Shown piece after piece: positions 1-8,588 of a stretch of 49,246 nt of DNA (position 1 is its first letter; each line of letters begins with the position of its first letter). Under the pieces are notes generated by a model that saw only the letters and a list, made by a program, of their open reading frames with translations, had not been told where the DNA came from and ran no database searches. The position numbers were made by a program, and so were the translations under genes. The stretch is from Actinomycetota bacterium. Its GTDB lineage: Bacteria; Actinomycetota; Acidimicrobiia; Acidimicrobiales; Ilumatobacteraceae. The DNA is taken from contig JBJTXX010000467.1 of NCBI GenBank assembly GCA_046082485.1, forward strand, positions 1 through 49,246, in the 5' to 3' direction.

Positions 1-312
1 TGGGCCAGCAGCTGCGGGCCCTGCAAGCAGGAACTGCCCGACTTCGCTGCGGCACACCTCGAGTACGGCGACCGGGTGCGATTCGTCGGCGTCGACTACC
101 TGCCCCCCAGCGAACTCGAGGAACGGTTCGCCCGCGACCGCGGCGTGCAGTACGAATTGCTCTACGACGCCAACAGTGAGTTCGTCGACGCGATGGAGGT
201 CGCTGCGTTCCCCGTGACCCTCTTCATCAGCCCCGACGGAACGGTGGTCGACCAGACCGGCAAGCTCGACAGGGCATCACTGGAGCAGAAGCTGCGGGAG
301 TTGCTGGCATGA
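1..312 (+). CDS. Thioredoxin-fold thiol:disulfide oxidoreductase (TlpA/ResA-like), 5' end cut by window edge
   Basis: Frame 1 reads WASSCGPCKQELPDF from nt 1, giving the CxxC redox motif CGPC, and continues through the 76..312 ORF. It has a 4-nt overlap with the following CcdA-type gene, which is the usual System II cytochrome c maturation pairing. Confidence 0.8.
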   Translation, partial: WASSCGPCKQELPDFAAAHLEYGDRVRFVGVDYLPPSELEERFARDRGVQYELLYDANSEFVDAMEVAAFPVTLFISPDGTVVDQTGKLDRASLEQKLRELLA

Positions 313-1148
313 ACCTGTCCCTCAGCTTCGTGCGCGGCCTGGTTGCGAGCATCAACCCGTGCGGGTTCGTGCTGCTGCCCACCTACCTCATGTACTTCCT
401 CGGGGTCAGCACCGCCGACGGCCGCTCACAGCGCGCCCCCATCGGCAGGGCCCTGCTGGTGGGAGCCGCGGTCTCTGCAGGCTTCCTCGGTGTGTTCTTC
501 GTGATCGGCACCATCACGCAGTTCGGCACCAGTTGGCTGCTGGCGAACGCGAAGTACGCGACCGCCGTCATCGGCGTGCTGTTCATCGGCCTCGGCATCG
601 CGATGCTGTTCGGCTACAAGTTGCCCATCGCCACGCCCACCGTGAACGCCGGTGAGACCCGGCGCACCATCCCGTCGATGCTGCTGTACGGCGTGGCATA
701 CGCGGTCGCGTCGCTGGGCTGCACGTTGCCGCTGTTCATGTCGACGCTCTTCCAGACCGGTGAGCGCGAGGGTTACTGGGCCGGGGTCGCGAACGTGGTG
801 ATGTACGCCACCGGCATGGCGATGGTGGTCATGTCGCTCACCCTCGCCCTCGCAACGGCCAACGCTGGTTTCGTGCGATGGCTCAAGCACAAGATGCAGT
901 ACGTCGAGATGGTCAGCGGCGCCTTCGTGCTGCTCTCGGGTCTGTACCTGCTGTGGTACTTCTACTGGCGCGACGTCCGCGAGGAGGGCGACCCGCTCAC
1001 CGATGCCGTCGATCGGCTGCAGCAGCGGGTGCAGACGTGGCTCAACGGCAACTGGCAGGTGGTTGCCGTGGTGCTCGGTGCCGCCCTGGTGACGGCCATC
1101 GGCTGGGCCACGCTCCGCGAGCGCACACGGGCCGACGGCACCGAATGA
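309..1148 (+). CDS. ccdA: Cytochrome c biogenesis protein CcdA (DsbD transmembrane-domain family)
   Basis: 279-aa polytopic membrane protein. The N-terminal SINPCGFVLLP and a second membrane-embedded Cys (ASLGCTLPLF) are typical of CcdA/DsbD-beta. The start overlaps the stop of the thioredoxin gene. Confidence 0.85.
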   Translation: MNLSLSFVRGLVASINPCGFVLLPTYLMYFLGVSTADGRSQRAPIGRALLVGAAVSAGFLGVFFVIGTITQFGTSWLLANAKYATAVIGVLFIGLGIAMLFGYKLPIATPTVNAGETRRTIPSMLLYGVAYAVASLGCTLPLFMSTLFQTGEREGYWAGVANVVMYATGMAMVVMSLTLALATANAGFVRWLKHKMQYVEMVSGAFVLLSGLYLLWYFYWRDVREEGDPLTDAVDRLQQRVQTWLNGNWQVVAVVLGAALVTAIGWATLRERTRADGTE

Positions 1149-1759
1149 CGCCTCCCCACGCCCCGTTCCGCGACCTGCTCGCCTCCGACGGCGTGGTCGA
1201 GGTGTGCGAGTTGCGCGGTCGGGTCGGCTTCATGGCGTATCACGGAGGGTCGCTGGAGGAGATGACCGACGTGGTCGCGCATCGTGCCGCCGATGCGTGC
1301 GACGCCAGTTACTACGGCGTGCTGCAGCCGCCCGACCTGAAGTGGCACATCCCTTCGCATCACGTCGCGCCCGAGCACTCACCGACGCTGCAGCAGTTCC
1401 TCGACCACGTGGACGTCGTGATCACCGTGCACGGCTACGGCCGCGACGGCATGTGGACGACGGTGCTGCTGGGCGGCCAGAACCGGGAACTGGCGCTGCA
1501 CCTCGCCGAACACCTCACGCCACACCTGCCCGACTACACGCTCGAGACCCGGCTCGAGCACATCCCCGTGGAGTTGCGCGGCCTGCACCACCGCAACCCG
1601 GTGAACCTGCCGCCCGGCAAGGGAGTACAGATCGAACTGCCACCCCGCATCCGTGGCCGAGGCACGAAGTGGGCCGACTGGCAGGGGCCGGGTCTCGTGC
1701 CGCACACCCAGTCGCTGATCGACGGCCTCGCCGCAGCGGTCGCTGCCTGGCAGTTGTGA
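1145..1759 (+). CDS. Poly-gamma-glutamate hydrolase family protein (YjqB/DUF867-like)
   Basis: The ATG at 1145 overlaps the ccdA stop (ATGA). Blocks matching the family pattern are MAYHGGSLEEMTD, VVITVHGYGRDG, LLGGQN and GKGVQIELPPRIR. The upstream part of the 878..1759 ORF is Arg-rich and looks non-coding. Confidence 0.7.
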   Translation: MTPPHAPFRDLLASDGVVEVCELRGRVGFMAYHGGSLEEMTDVVAHRAADACDASYYGVLQPPDLKWHIPSHHVAPEHSPTLQQFLDHVDVVITVHGYGRDGMWTTVLLGGQNRELALHLAEHLTPHLPDYTLETRLEHIPVELRGLHHRNPVNLPPGKGVQIELPPRIRGRGTKWADWQGPGLVPHTQSLIDGLAAAVAAWQL

Positions 1760-1769
1760 CGCCGTCGGG

Positions 1770-2429
1770 TCAGGGGGCCAGACGGTCGATCTGCCACGAG
1801 TCGCCGTCACCCTCACCCATCAGCGTGTAGGCAAGGCGGTCGTGCAGTCGGCTCGGACGGCCCTGCCAGAACTCGAATCGGCGGGGTCGCAGCAGCCAGC
1901 CACCCCAGAACGCAGGGCGCGGCACGGCATCGTCGCCGAAGGTCGCGGCCATCTGCTGCACACGCTGCTCCAGCCACTCGCGGTCGGGAATGCGCTGGGA
2001 CTGAGGTGACGACCACGCGCCGATCTGCGAGTTCCGCGGCCTCGACGCGAAGTAGTCGTCGCTCTCGCCCTCGGGCAGTCGTTCCACCTCGCCCACCACG
2101 CGCACCTGCCGGTGCAACTGCAGCCACGTGAACAGCATGCTCGCCCGCGGCTGCGCGCCCAGATGACGACTCTTGGCCGAGTCGTAGTTGGTGAAGAACG
2201 TGAACCCTCGACGGTCGGCACCCCGCACCAGCAGGTAGCGCGACTGTGGCCAGCCCTCCTCGTCGATGGTGCCGAGCACGAACGCATGGGGCTCGACACA
2301 GCCCGCTGCGGCGGCAGCGTCGAACCAGGTGTGCCACTGGTCGATGGGGTCGGGCAACAGGTCGGGCAGGTCGAGGCCCGCGGTCTCGTAGTCGTTGCGC
2401 AGCGACGCGAGGTCGTGCCGGGGGTTCAT
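1770..2429 (-). CDS. pdxH: Pyridoxamine 5'-phosphate oxidase
   Basis: 219 aa starting MNPRHDLASLRNDYE. Contains SRYLLVRG, FFTNYDSAKSRHL, RVVGEVERLP, DDYFASRPRNSQIGAWSSPQS and FEFWQGRPSRLHDR. The start overlaps the serS stop (ATGA on the minus strand, 2426-2429). Confidence 0.9.
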   Translation of the reverse strand: MNPRHDLASLRNDYETAGLDLPDLLPDPIDQWHTWFDAAAAAGCVEPHAFVLGTIDEEGWPQSRYLLVRGADRRGFTFFTNYDSAKSRHLGAQPRASMLFTWLQLHRQVRVVGEVERLPEGESDDYFASRPRNSQIGAWSSPQSQRIPDREWLEQRVQQMAATFGDDAVPRPAFWGGWLLRPRRFEFWQGRPSRLHDRLAYTLMGEGDGDSWQIDRLAP

Positions 2430-3727
2430 GCCGGGGAGATCACCTCGATGCCGCGCATGTAGCGGCGCAGGGCCTGCGGCACCACCACGCTGCCGTCGGG
2501 CTGGCGGTAGTTCTCGACGATGGCGGCCCACACGCGGGGCACCGCGAGCGCTGAGCCGTTGAGCGTGTTGGCGATGGTGGTGCCCTTCTCGCCCGCCTTC
2601 TTGAAGCGGATGTCGGCCCGACGGGCCTGGTAGTCGCTGAACCAGCTGCACGAGCTGACCTCCAGCCAGTTGTCGCAACCGGGTGCGTACACCTCGATGT
2701 CGAAGCTGCGGTGGTGGCTCTGGCCCATGTCGCCCGTGCAGATCTCGATGATCCGATACGGCAGCCCCAGACCCGAGATCAGCGCCTCCGCCCGATCGAC
2801 GATCTCCTGCAGCATCGCCGGCCCCTGCTCGGGCGTGGTGACGGCGAGGATCTCGACCTTGTCGAACTCGTGGGCGCGCAGCATGCCGCGTGTGTCTCGG
2901 CCGGCCGAGCCCGCCTCGCGGCGGTAGCACGAGGTGTGGGCCATCATTCGCTTCGGCAACGAGGCTTCCTCCAGCACCTCGCCTGCATAGAGGCTGGTGA
3001 GGGGCACCTCCGCGGTGGGAATGCACCAGAGGTCGTCGCGTTCGATGGCGTAGGCATCGTCGGCGAACTTCGGCAACTGGCCCGTGGCCGTGAGCGTCGC
3101 CGTGGTCACCAGCGAGGGCGGACGGATCTCCTCGAACGCGTCAGCGTTCATGTCGAGCGCGTACTGGCACAGTGCACGGGCGAGGGTGGCACCGGCGCCA
3201 CGCTGCATCGTGAACATCGCGCCGCTGATCTTGGTGGCGCGTTCGTTGTCGAGGATGCCGAGCGCAGCAGCCGTGTCCCAGTGCGGCACCCGCTGGTGCT
3301 CGGGAAAGTCGGTGGGCATGTTGTTCGGGCCCACCACCACCGGGTTCTCGCTGTCGTCGGCACCGTCGGGGGCGGCAGCATGCGGCAGGTTGGGAATGCG
3401 CAGCAGCAGTTCGCGCAGTGCCGCAGCGGCGTCGTCGGCCTCCGCGCCCAGTGCCCGCTCGCGCTCACCGAGTTCGCGACTGCTGGCCTGCAACGCCTCG
3501 GCCCCGGCGGCGTCACCTTCGCGTCGCTTCAGGCCGACCTGCTTCGACAGCTCGTTCACCTCGGCGCGCAGGGCATCGCGCTGGCCCTGCAGGTCGCGGA
3601 CCCTGCCCTCGAGATCGATGGCCTGCGAGACCTGCTCGAGCAGTTCGGGCTTGTTGCGGCGGGCGAGCGCAGCACGCACACCGTCGGGGTCCTGGCGCAG
3701 GAGGCGAACGTCGATCACGGCAGGCAA
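2426..3727 (-). CDS. serS: Seryl-tRNA synthetase
   Basis: 433 aa with the N-terminal coiled-coil arm (MPAVIDVRLLRQDPDGVRAAL...). Class II motifs are present, including TAEVPLTS, FRREAGSAGRDTRGMLRAHEFDKVE and LNGSALAVPR. Confidence 0.95.
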   Translation of the reverse strand: MPAVIDVRLLRQDPDGVRAALARRNKPELLEQVSQAIDLEGRVRDLQGQRDALRAEVNELSKQVGLKRREGDAAGAEALQASSRELGERERALGAEADDAAAALRELLLRIPNLPHAAAPDGADDSENPVVVGPNNMPTDFPEHQRVPHWDTAAALGILDNERATKISGAMFTMQRGAGATLARALCQYALDMNADAFEEIRPPSLVTTATLTATGQLPKFADDAYAIERDDLWCIPTAEVPLTSLYAGEVLEEASLPKRMMAHTSCYRREAGSAGRDTRGMLRAHEFDKVEILAVTTPEQGPAMLQEIVDRAEALISGLGLPYRIIEICTGDMGQSHHRSFDIEVYAPGCDNWLEVSSCSWFSDYQARRADIRFKKAGEKGTTIANTLNGSALAVPRVWAAIVENYRQPDGSVVVPQALRRYMRGIEVISPA

Positions 3728-3782
3728 GGCTACTTGCCACCCGCCTCCGAAATCATGGGCCGAACGGATAGCGTCGACCGGC

Positions 3783-4685
3783 GTGTCGGCTGTGGAGGTG
3801 CAGGGTCTGACGGTGCGCTACGGCGACCTCGTCGCGGTCGACAACGTGTCGTTCGCCGCGGAAGCCGGGGCCGTCACGACGGTGCTGGGGCCCAACGGTG
3901 CGGGGAAGACGAGTACCATCGAGGTCTGCGAGGGCTATCGCAAGGCGGCCGGCGGCACGGTGCGGGTGCTCGGGCTCGATCCCGCCACCCAGCAACGCCG
4001 ACTCGGCGAACGCGTCGGCGTGATGCTGCAGGAGGGCGGCGTGTACCCCAGTGCCCGGGTGCTCGACACCGTGCGGCACTACTGCCGGCTCTACGACCGG
4101 GGCGCTGACCCTTCCAGTCTCGTGCAACAGGTCGGCCTGCTCGACAGGGCGAAAGCGACATGGCGTCGGCTGTCCGGCGGCGAACGCCAGCGTCTGTCGC
4201 TGGCTCTCGCCCTGGCCGCCCGCCCGGAGGTCGTGTTCCTCGACGAGCCCACCTCGGGGGTCGATCTACACGGTCGGCAGGCCATCCGCGAGATCATCCG
4301 GTCGCTGGTCGACGGAGGCTGCGCCGTGCTGCTGGCCACCCACGAACTCGACGAGGCCGAACGCCTGGCCGACCGCGTCCTCATCTTCGACAGCGGGCAG
4401 GTGGTCGCCGACGGCACGCTCGCCGAGTTGCGCAAGGGGCACGACGAGATCCGCTTCCGCAGCGCACCCGATCTCGACCTGCACGCACTGGCCGCCTCGA
4501 TCGGCATGGTCGCCAGCCAGGTGGGCGCCGACGAGTACGTCATCGACGCCCCGCCGCACCCTCGGCTGATGGCCCAGCTCACCGCATGGCTCGCCGAGCA
4601 GGGCCACCCCATCACCGACATGCGAGCCGGCGCCCAACGACTCGAGGACGTCTTCCGCAGGCTCACCTCGCAGGAGGGTGCGTGA
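3783..4685 (+). CDS. ABC transporter ATP-binding protein (ABC-2/DrrA-like exporter)
   Basis: Walker A GPNGAGKT, signature LSGGERQRLSLA and Walker B VVFLDEPTSGVD are present. There is no in-frame ATG near the domain start, so I propose a GTG start at 3783 (alternatives 3792 and 3798). The stop overlaps the permease start. Confidence 0.85.
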   Translation: MSAVEVQGLTVRYGDLVAVDNVSFAAEAGAVTTVLGPNGAGKTSTIEVCEGYRKAAGGTVRVLGLDPATQQRRLGERVGVMLQEGGVYPSARVLDTVRHYCRLYDRGADPSSLVQQVGLLDRAKATWRRLSGGERQRLSLALALAARPEVVFLDEPTSGVDLHGRQAIREIIRSLVDGGCAVLLATHELDEAERLADRVLIFDSGQVVADGTLAELRKGHDEIRFRSAPDLDLHALAASIGMVASQVGADEYVIDAPPHPRLMAQLTAWLAEQGHPITDMRAGAQRLEDVFRRLTSQEGA

Positions 4686-5407
4686 AGCAGTTCACCACCC
4701 AGTTCCGCACGGAACTGGGCCTCACCCTCCGCAACGGCGAGCAACTGCTGCTCACGCTGGGCATCCCGGTGCTGTTGCTCGTCTTCTTCAGCCTCGTCGA
4801 CGTGCTGCCGACCGGCACGGCCGAGCCGGTCGACTTCCTCGCGCCCGGCGTGCTCGCTCTCGCGGTCATGAGCACCTCGATGGTGAGCCTCGGCATCGGC
4901 ACCGGCTTCGAGCGCAGCTACCACGTGCTCAAGCGCCTTGCCCTCACCCCGCTCGGTCGACCGCGGTTGGTGCTGGCCAAGATCGCCACGGTCGCAATGG
5001 TGGAACTGCTGCAGTTCGCCGTGCTGGTGCCCGTGGCATACGCACTCGGTTGGTCACCGTCGTCACCGAACTGGCTCGCTGCGATCTGCGCCGTGCTGCT
5101 GGGAACGGCGGCCTTCGCCGGAATCGGCCTCACCCTGGCCGGTCGGCTGCGCGGCGAGGTGAACCTGGCTGCCCAGAACGGGCTGTATCTCGTGCTGCTG
5201 CTGCTCGGCGGAATGGTGGTGCCGTTCGAGAAGTTGACGGAGGCGCTTCGTGTCGTCGCCCATGCGCTGCCCTCCGGTGCCCTGGCCGACGTGCTGCGCG
5301 AGACCATCGGCACCGGAGGGGTGCAACCGGCCACGAGCTGGCTGGTGCTCGCGATCTGGGCGGCGGTCACGCCCCTCTTGGCGGCGGCCCTGTTCCGCTG
5401 GGACTGA
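4682..5407 (+). CDS. ABC-2 type transporter permease
   Basis: The GTG at 4682 overlaps the ATPase stop (GTGA). About 241 aa with roughly 6 hydrophobic helices. Its size and position are typical of an ABC-2 permease partner. Confidence 0.8.
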   Translation: MKQFTTQFRTELGLTLRNGEQLLLTLGIPVLLLVFFSLVDVLPTGTAEPVDFLAPGVLALAVMSTSMVSLGIGTGFERSYHVLKRLALTPLGRPRLVLAKIATVAMVELLQFAVLVPVAYALGWSPSSPNWLAAICAVLLGTAAFAGIGLTLAGRLRGEVNLAAQNGLYLVLLLLGGMVVPFEKLTEALRVVAHALPSGALADVLRETIGTGGVQPATSWLVLAIWAAVTPLLAAALFRWD

Positions 5408-5468
5408 CTCACCGAATTCACACCCTCCGCGAGGCCACCCGGAAGGCGGTGTGCGCGATGATCCGCGC

Positions 5469-6644
5469 ATGACCATCGTGGAAGAACCCCCCACCCTCCC
5501 CCCGATGTCCGCCTTCCCGCCACCGACGCCACCGACGCCGCCGGCACCGACGCCCGAGCCGCCACCGAGGCGCGGCGGCCGAGGCCCGGCGCGGCTGCTG
5601 GGCACCGTCGCGGTGTGCGCCGCGGTCTCCGCCGGAGTCTCGTACGGCACCGTGCAGCTCACCGATCGCGGCGGCACCGTGAACGTGGTTCCCAGCGCCG
5701 GCGGCAGCGCCGTGCTGCAGGGCGACGTCGATCTGCACGACCTCCTGCAACGCACCCAGCCCGCCGTCACCGCCATCGAACTGGCGGCGCGTGAGGGTGG
5801 CGCCACCACCGAGGTCGCTGCCGGTTCGGGCGTGGTGATCTCCGCTGACGGGCTGATGCTCACCAACGCCCACGTGGTCGACGCCACCGACGGCTCCGGC
5901 AACCGGATTCCCGATCCGGTGATCACGGTGAAGATGTTCGATGGTTCGGTGCGTTCGGCCGAGGTTCTCGGCACCAGCGTCGAGTACGACATCGCCCTGC
6001 TGCAACTCGACGACACCAGCAACCTCACGGCGCTGCCACTCGCCGACGCATCGACGTTCCGGGTGGGCGATCAGGTGGTGGCCATCGGCAATGCACTCGA
6101 CCTCGGCGATGCTCCCACCGTGTCGACCGGCATCATCAGCGCGCTCGATCGCACCCTGCAGGTGAACGATTCGGTCACGCTCCGCGGCCTCATCCAGACC
6201 GACGCGGCAATCAACCACGGCAACTCCGGCGGGGCCCTCGTCAATGCGGCTGGCCAGCTCGTCGGCATCAATTCCGCCGGCATTCCCGACGCGCAGAACA
6301 TCGGCTTCGCCATCTCGGTCGGCACCATCGCGCCGCTGCTTGCCGACCTGCAGGGCGGCAAGCAGGTCACCCCGCCAGCGATCGGCTACATCGGCGTCAC
6401 CCTGGCGCAGACGCCCGATGGCATCGAGGTGCAGGAGGTGCAGGACGGCACCCCCGCCGACACCGCCGACATCCGTGTCGGCGACGTGCTGCTCACCGTC
6501 AACGGCACCAAGGTGCGCACGACGAACCAGTTGTCGACAGTGCTCCGCGATCTCGCACCCGGCACGGCGGCGACCATCGTCGTCGACCGCTCCGGCAAGC
6601 AGGTCACCATCGAACTCGTGCTCGCCGAACGGCCCGACGCCTGA
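5469..6644 (+). CDS. Membrane-anchored S1C (HtrA/DegP-like) serine protease with C-terminal PDZ domain
   Basis: ATG at 5469. Pro-rich N-terminus, then one TM (LLGTVAVCAAVSAGV). Trypsin-fold blocks are LTNAHVV, DIALLQL and INHGNSGGALVN (catalytic Ser). The PDZ-like tail is GIEVQEVQDGTPADTADIRVGDVLLTVNG. Confidence 0.85.
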   Translation: MTIVEEPPTLPPMSAFPPPTPPTPPAPTPEPPPRRGGRGPARLLGTVAVCAAVSAGVSYGTVQLTDRGGTVNVVPSAGGSAVLQGDVDLHDLLQRTQPAVTAIELAAREGGATTEVAAGSGVVISADGLMLTNAHVVDATDGSGNRIPDPVITVKMFDGSVRSAEVLGTSVEYDIALLQLDDTSNLTALPLADASTFRVGDQVVAIGNALDLGDAPTVSTGIISALDRTLQVNDSVTLRGLIQTDAAINHGNSGGALVNAAGQLVGINSAGIPDAQNIGFAISVGTIAPLLADLQGGKQVTPPAIGYIGVTLAQTPDGIEVQEVQDGTPADTADIRVGDVLLTVNGTKVRTTNQLSTVLRDLAPGTAATIVVDRSGKQVTIELVLAERPDA

Positions 6645-6651
6645 CCCCGGC

Positions 6652-7590
6652 TCAGCGCCGGTCGGCCGAGGGTTCGGTCGGTGGCGTGCTGCGCTCGAAC
6701 GCCGCCTCGACCTCGCTGAACGACAGGGGCTCCTCGTCGTGACCGACGATCTCTGCGGTGGGAATGCGTCGATCGCGGCGATAGGTGCGCTCGGACGCGA
6801 CGGAACCGAAACGCTTGAAGAACATGTAGATCACGATGCCCCAGAGGAAGAAGCCACCGGCGATCTTCATGATCGCCCCGGCGAGCTGCTGGTCGTCAGC
6901 CGGCGAGAGACCCCACACCCTCACGGGCTGCTCGCCGTAATGGCGGTAGACGGCTCCGTCCGCGAACGTCAGCCAGGCCGCGGGCACGGTGGGCACGACG
7001 CTCTGCAGGAACAGGTAGATCATCTTGCCGCCTGCCGAGATCTGCAGTTCGGGCAGTGGGCCCACCACCGGCATCCACATCAGCGTGGCGGCGAGCACGA
7101 CGAACAGGTGCAGGCCGAAGTGCAGCGCACCGTTCGTGGTCGAGGCGTTCACCACACCCGGAACGTGGAGGATCATCACCATGACGTTGAAGATCACGCC
7201 GGCCACGACGGCCCTCGCGAAGAACCGCACCACACGGTAGGTGCGGCCCGCGCCGATCAACGTGCGCAGCAACCACTCCGGCGTGGCCATCAGCGCCAGC
7301 GGCGGGAAGAAGTAGCTGAGCATCATGTGCTGCACCATGTGCACGCTGTAGAGGTAGCCCTCGGCGATCTGGTGCACCGGCCACGTACTGGCGACGAACA
7401 GCACCACCATCGCCGCGACGAAACAGGTCACCTGCCGACGGGTCACCACCGGTTGGCCCGCCTGCACCACACCCGGCCCGATGTTGCGCACCATGTAGAC
7501 GTACGCGCCCACGAGGAACGCCACCAGCACGTACACCTCGGGGTTCGACTCGAACCTCCAGGGGTCCGCGAACGCTGCCGCGGCAGTCAT
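6652..7590 (-). CDS. ctaG: Cytochrome c oxidase assembly factor CtaG (caa3/Bacillus type membrane protein)
   Basis: 312-aa polytopic membrane protein immediately downstream of ctaF on the same strand. Blocks such as VHMVQHMML, MWMPVVGP and YLFLQSVVPTVPAAWL resemble the Caa3_CtaG family. Confidence 0.7.
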   Translation of the reverse strand: MTAAAAFADPWRFESNPEVYVLVAFLVGAYVYMVRNIGPGVVQAGQPVVTRRQVTCFVAAMVVLFVASTWPVHQIAEGYLYSVHMVQHMMLSYFFPPLALMATPEWLLRTLIGAGRTYRVVRFFARAVVAGVIFNVMVMILHVPGVVNASTTNGALHFGLHLFVVLAATLMWMPVVGPLPELQISAGGKMIYLFLQSVVPTVPAAWLTFADGAVYRHYGEQPVRVWGLSPADDQQLAGAIMKIAGGFFLWGIVIYMFFKRFGSVASERTYRRDRRIPTAEIVGHDEEPLSFSEVEAAFERSTPPTEPSADRR

Positions 7591-7597
7591 GATCGAC

Positions 7598-7921
7598 CTA
7601 GTTCTTGAAGAACTGGAAGGTGAAGAGGAACGCGATGTAGACGAGGACGGCCAGCACCAGGCCCGCGTAGAACATCAGGCTGAACACCTTGCTGTCGAAC
7701 TTCAGGTGCATGAACACCGACACGATCATGAAGAACTTGATCGCCATCATGATGAGCAGGGCCACCATGCCGACGGTCTCGAGGCTCTTGGGCCACCAGT
7801 AGGTGGAGGTCTCGAGCGCCGTCACCACTGCGAGGATGATCGCGATCTTGATGAAGTAGCGGTCGGACGGTGTGTGGTGCTCGTCGGCAGCGTGCGCTGC
7901 GTGCTCTGTTGTGGCGCTCAT
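7598..7921 (-). CDS. ctaF: Cytochrome c oxidase subunit IV (prokaryotic COX4_pro type)
   Basis: 107 aa with 3 TM helices. The sequence KIAIILAVVTALE...MAIKFFMIVSVFMHLKFD is characteristic of the small subunit IV of Bacillus-type aa3/caa3 and quinol oxidases. It lies 10 nt downstream of ctaE. Confidence 0.75.
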   Translation of the reverse strand: MSATTEHAAHAADEHHTPSDRYFIKIAIILAVVTALETSTYWWPKSLETVGMVALLIMMAIKFFMIVSVFMHLKFDSKVFSLMFYAGLVLAVLVYIAFLFTFQFFKN

Positions 7922-7931
7922 GCGGGTGACC

Positions 7932-8588
7932 TCAGACCGGGATCAGGTAGACGAGGGTGAAGATGACGACCCAGACGACGTCGACGAAGTGCCAGTAGAG
8001 GCCGACGAGTTCGACCACCTCTGCTCGATCGCCGGTGATGCGGTCACGGGTGATGATGCCGACCAGCACCAGCAGCATGATGATGCCGAGCGACACGTGC
8101 ACACCGTGGAAACCGGTGAGGGTGTAGAAGCTCGAGCCGAAGAGGCTGGTGGTGTAGCCCAGACCCTCCTGGTAGAAGGCCGTGAACTCGTAGACCTGAC
8201 CACCCACGAAGAGCGCACCGAGTGCGGCGGTGATGGTGAGCCACAGGTTGGTGTTGCGCTGGTCGTTGCGCTTCGCCGAGTTCACCGCGAGCACCATCGT
8301 CAGCGAACTCATCAGCAGGATGAAGCTGCTGACCGACGTGAGCGGGATGTCGAAGATCTGGTTCGGGCCGGGGCCACCTTCGCTGCGACCGCGGTACAGC
8401 ATGTAGGTGGAGATCAGGCCACCGAACAGCAGGCACTCGCTGCCGAGGAACAGCCACATGCCGAGCTTGTTGTTGCTCAGCCCGGTGCTGGTGACGTGGG
8501 CGCCGTGGCCCGAGTCGTGTGATGCGTGGTCCACGTCGTGGACAGCGATGTCAGCCAAGGGTCGCCAACTCCTTCGAGGGTTCGCCAC
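7932..8588 (-). CDS. ctaE: Cytochrome c oxidase subunit III (short 5-TM type)
   Basis: Contains GMWLFLGSECLLFGG, TGFHGVHVSLG and GLYWHFVDVVWVVIF. The annotated ATG gives a 38-nt overlap with ctaD. An internal GTG at 8534 would remove the overlap, so the start is uncertain. Confidence 0.9.
   Translation of the reverse strand: MANPRRSWRPLADIAVHDVDHASHDSGHGAHVTSTGLSNNKLGMWLFLGSECLLFGGLISTYMLYRGRSEGGPGPNQIFDIPLTSVSSFILLMSSLTMVLAVNSAKRNDQRNTNLWLTITAALGALFVGGQVYEFTAFYQEGLGYTTSLFGSSFYTLTGFHGVHVSLGIIMLLVLVGIITRDRITGDRAEVVELVGLYWHFVDVVWVVIFTLVYLIPV

Noticed and set aside
6244-7608. Long plus-strand ORF (454 aa) antisense to ctaG. There are similar long antisense ORFs at 13473..15323, 15173..16495, 17614..18969, 39441..41930 and 42030..43481.
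   Set aside because: Their translations are Arg/Pro/Gly/His/Asp-rich low-complexity strings with no motifs. Each lies exactly opposite a gene with strong family signatures. Stop-free antisense frames are expected in DNA with near-saturated GC3.
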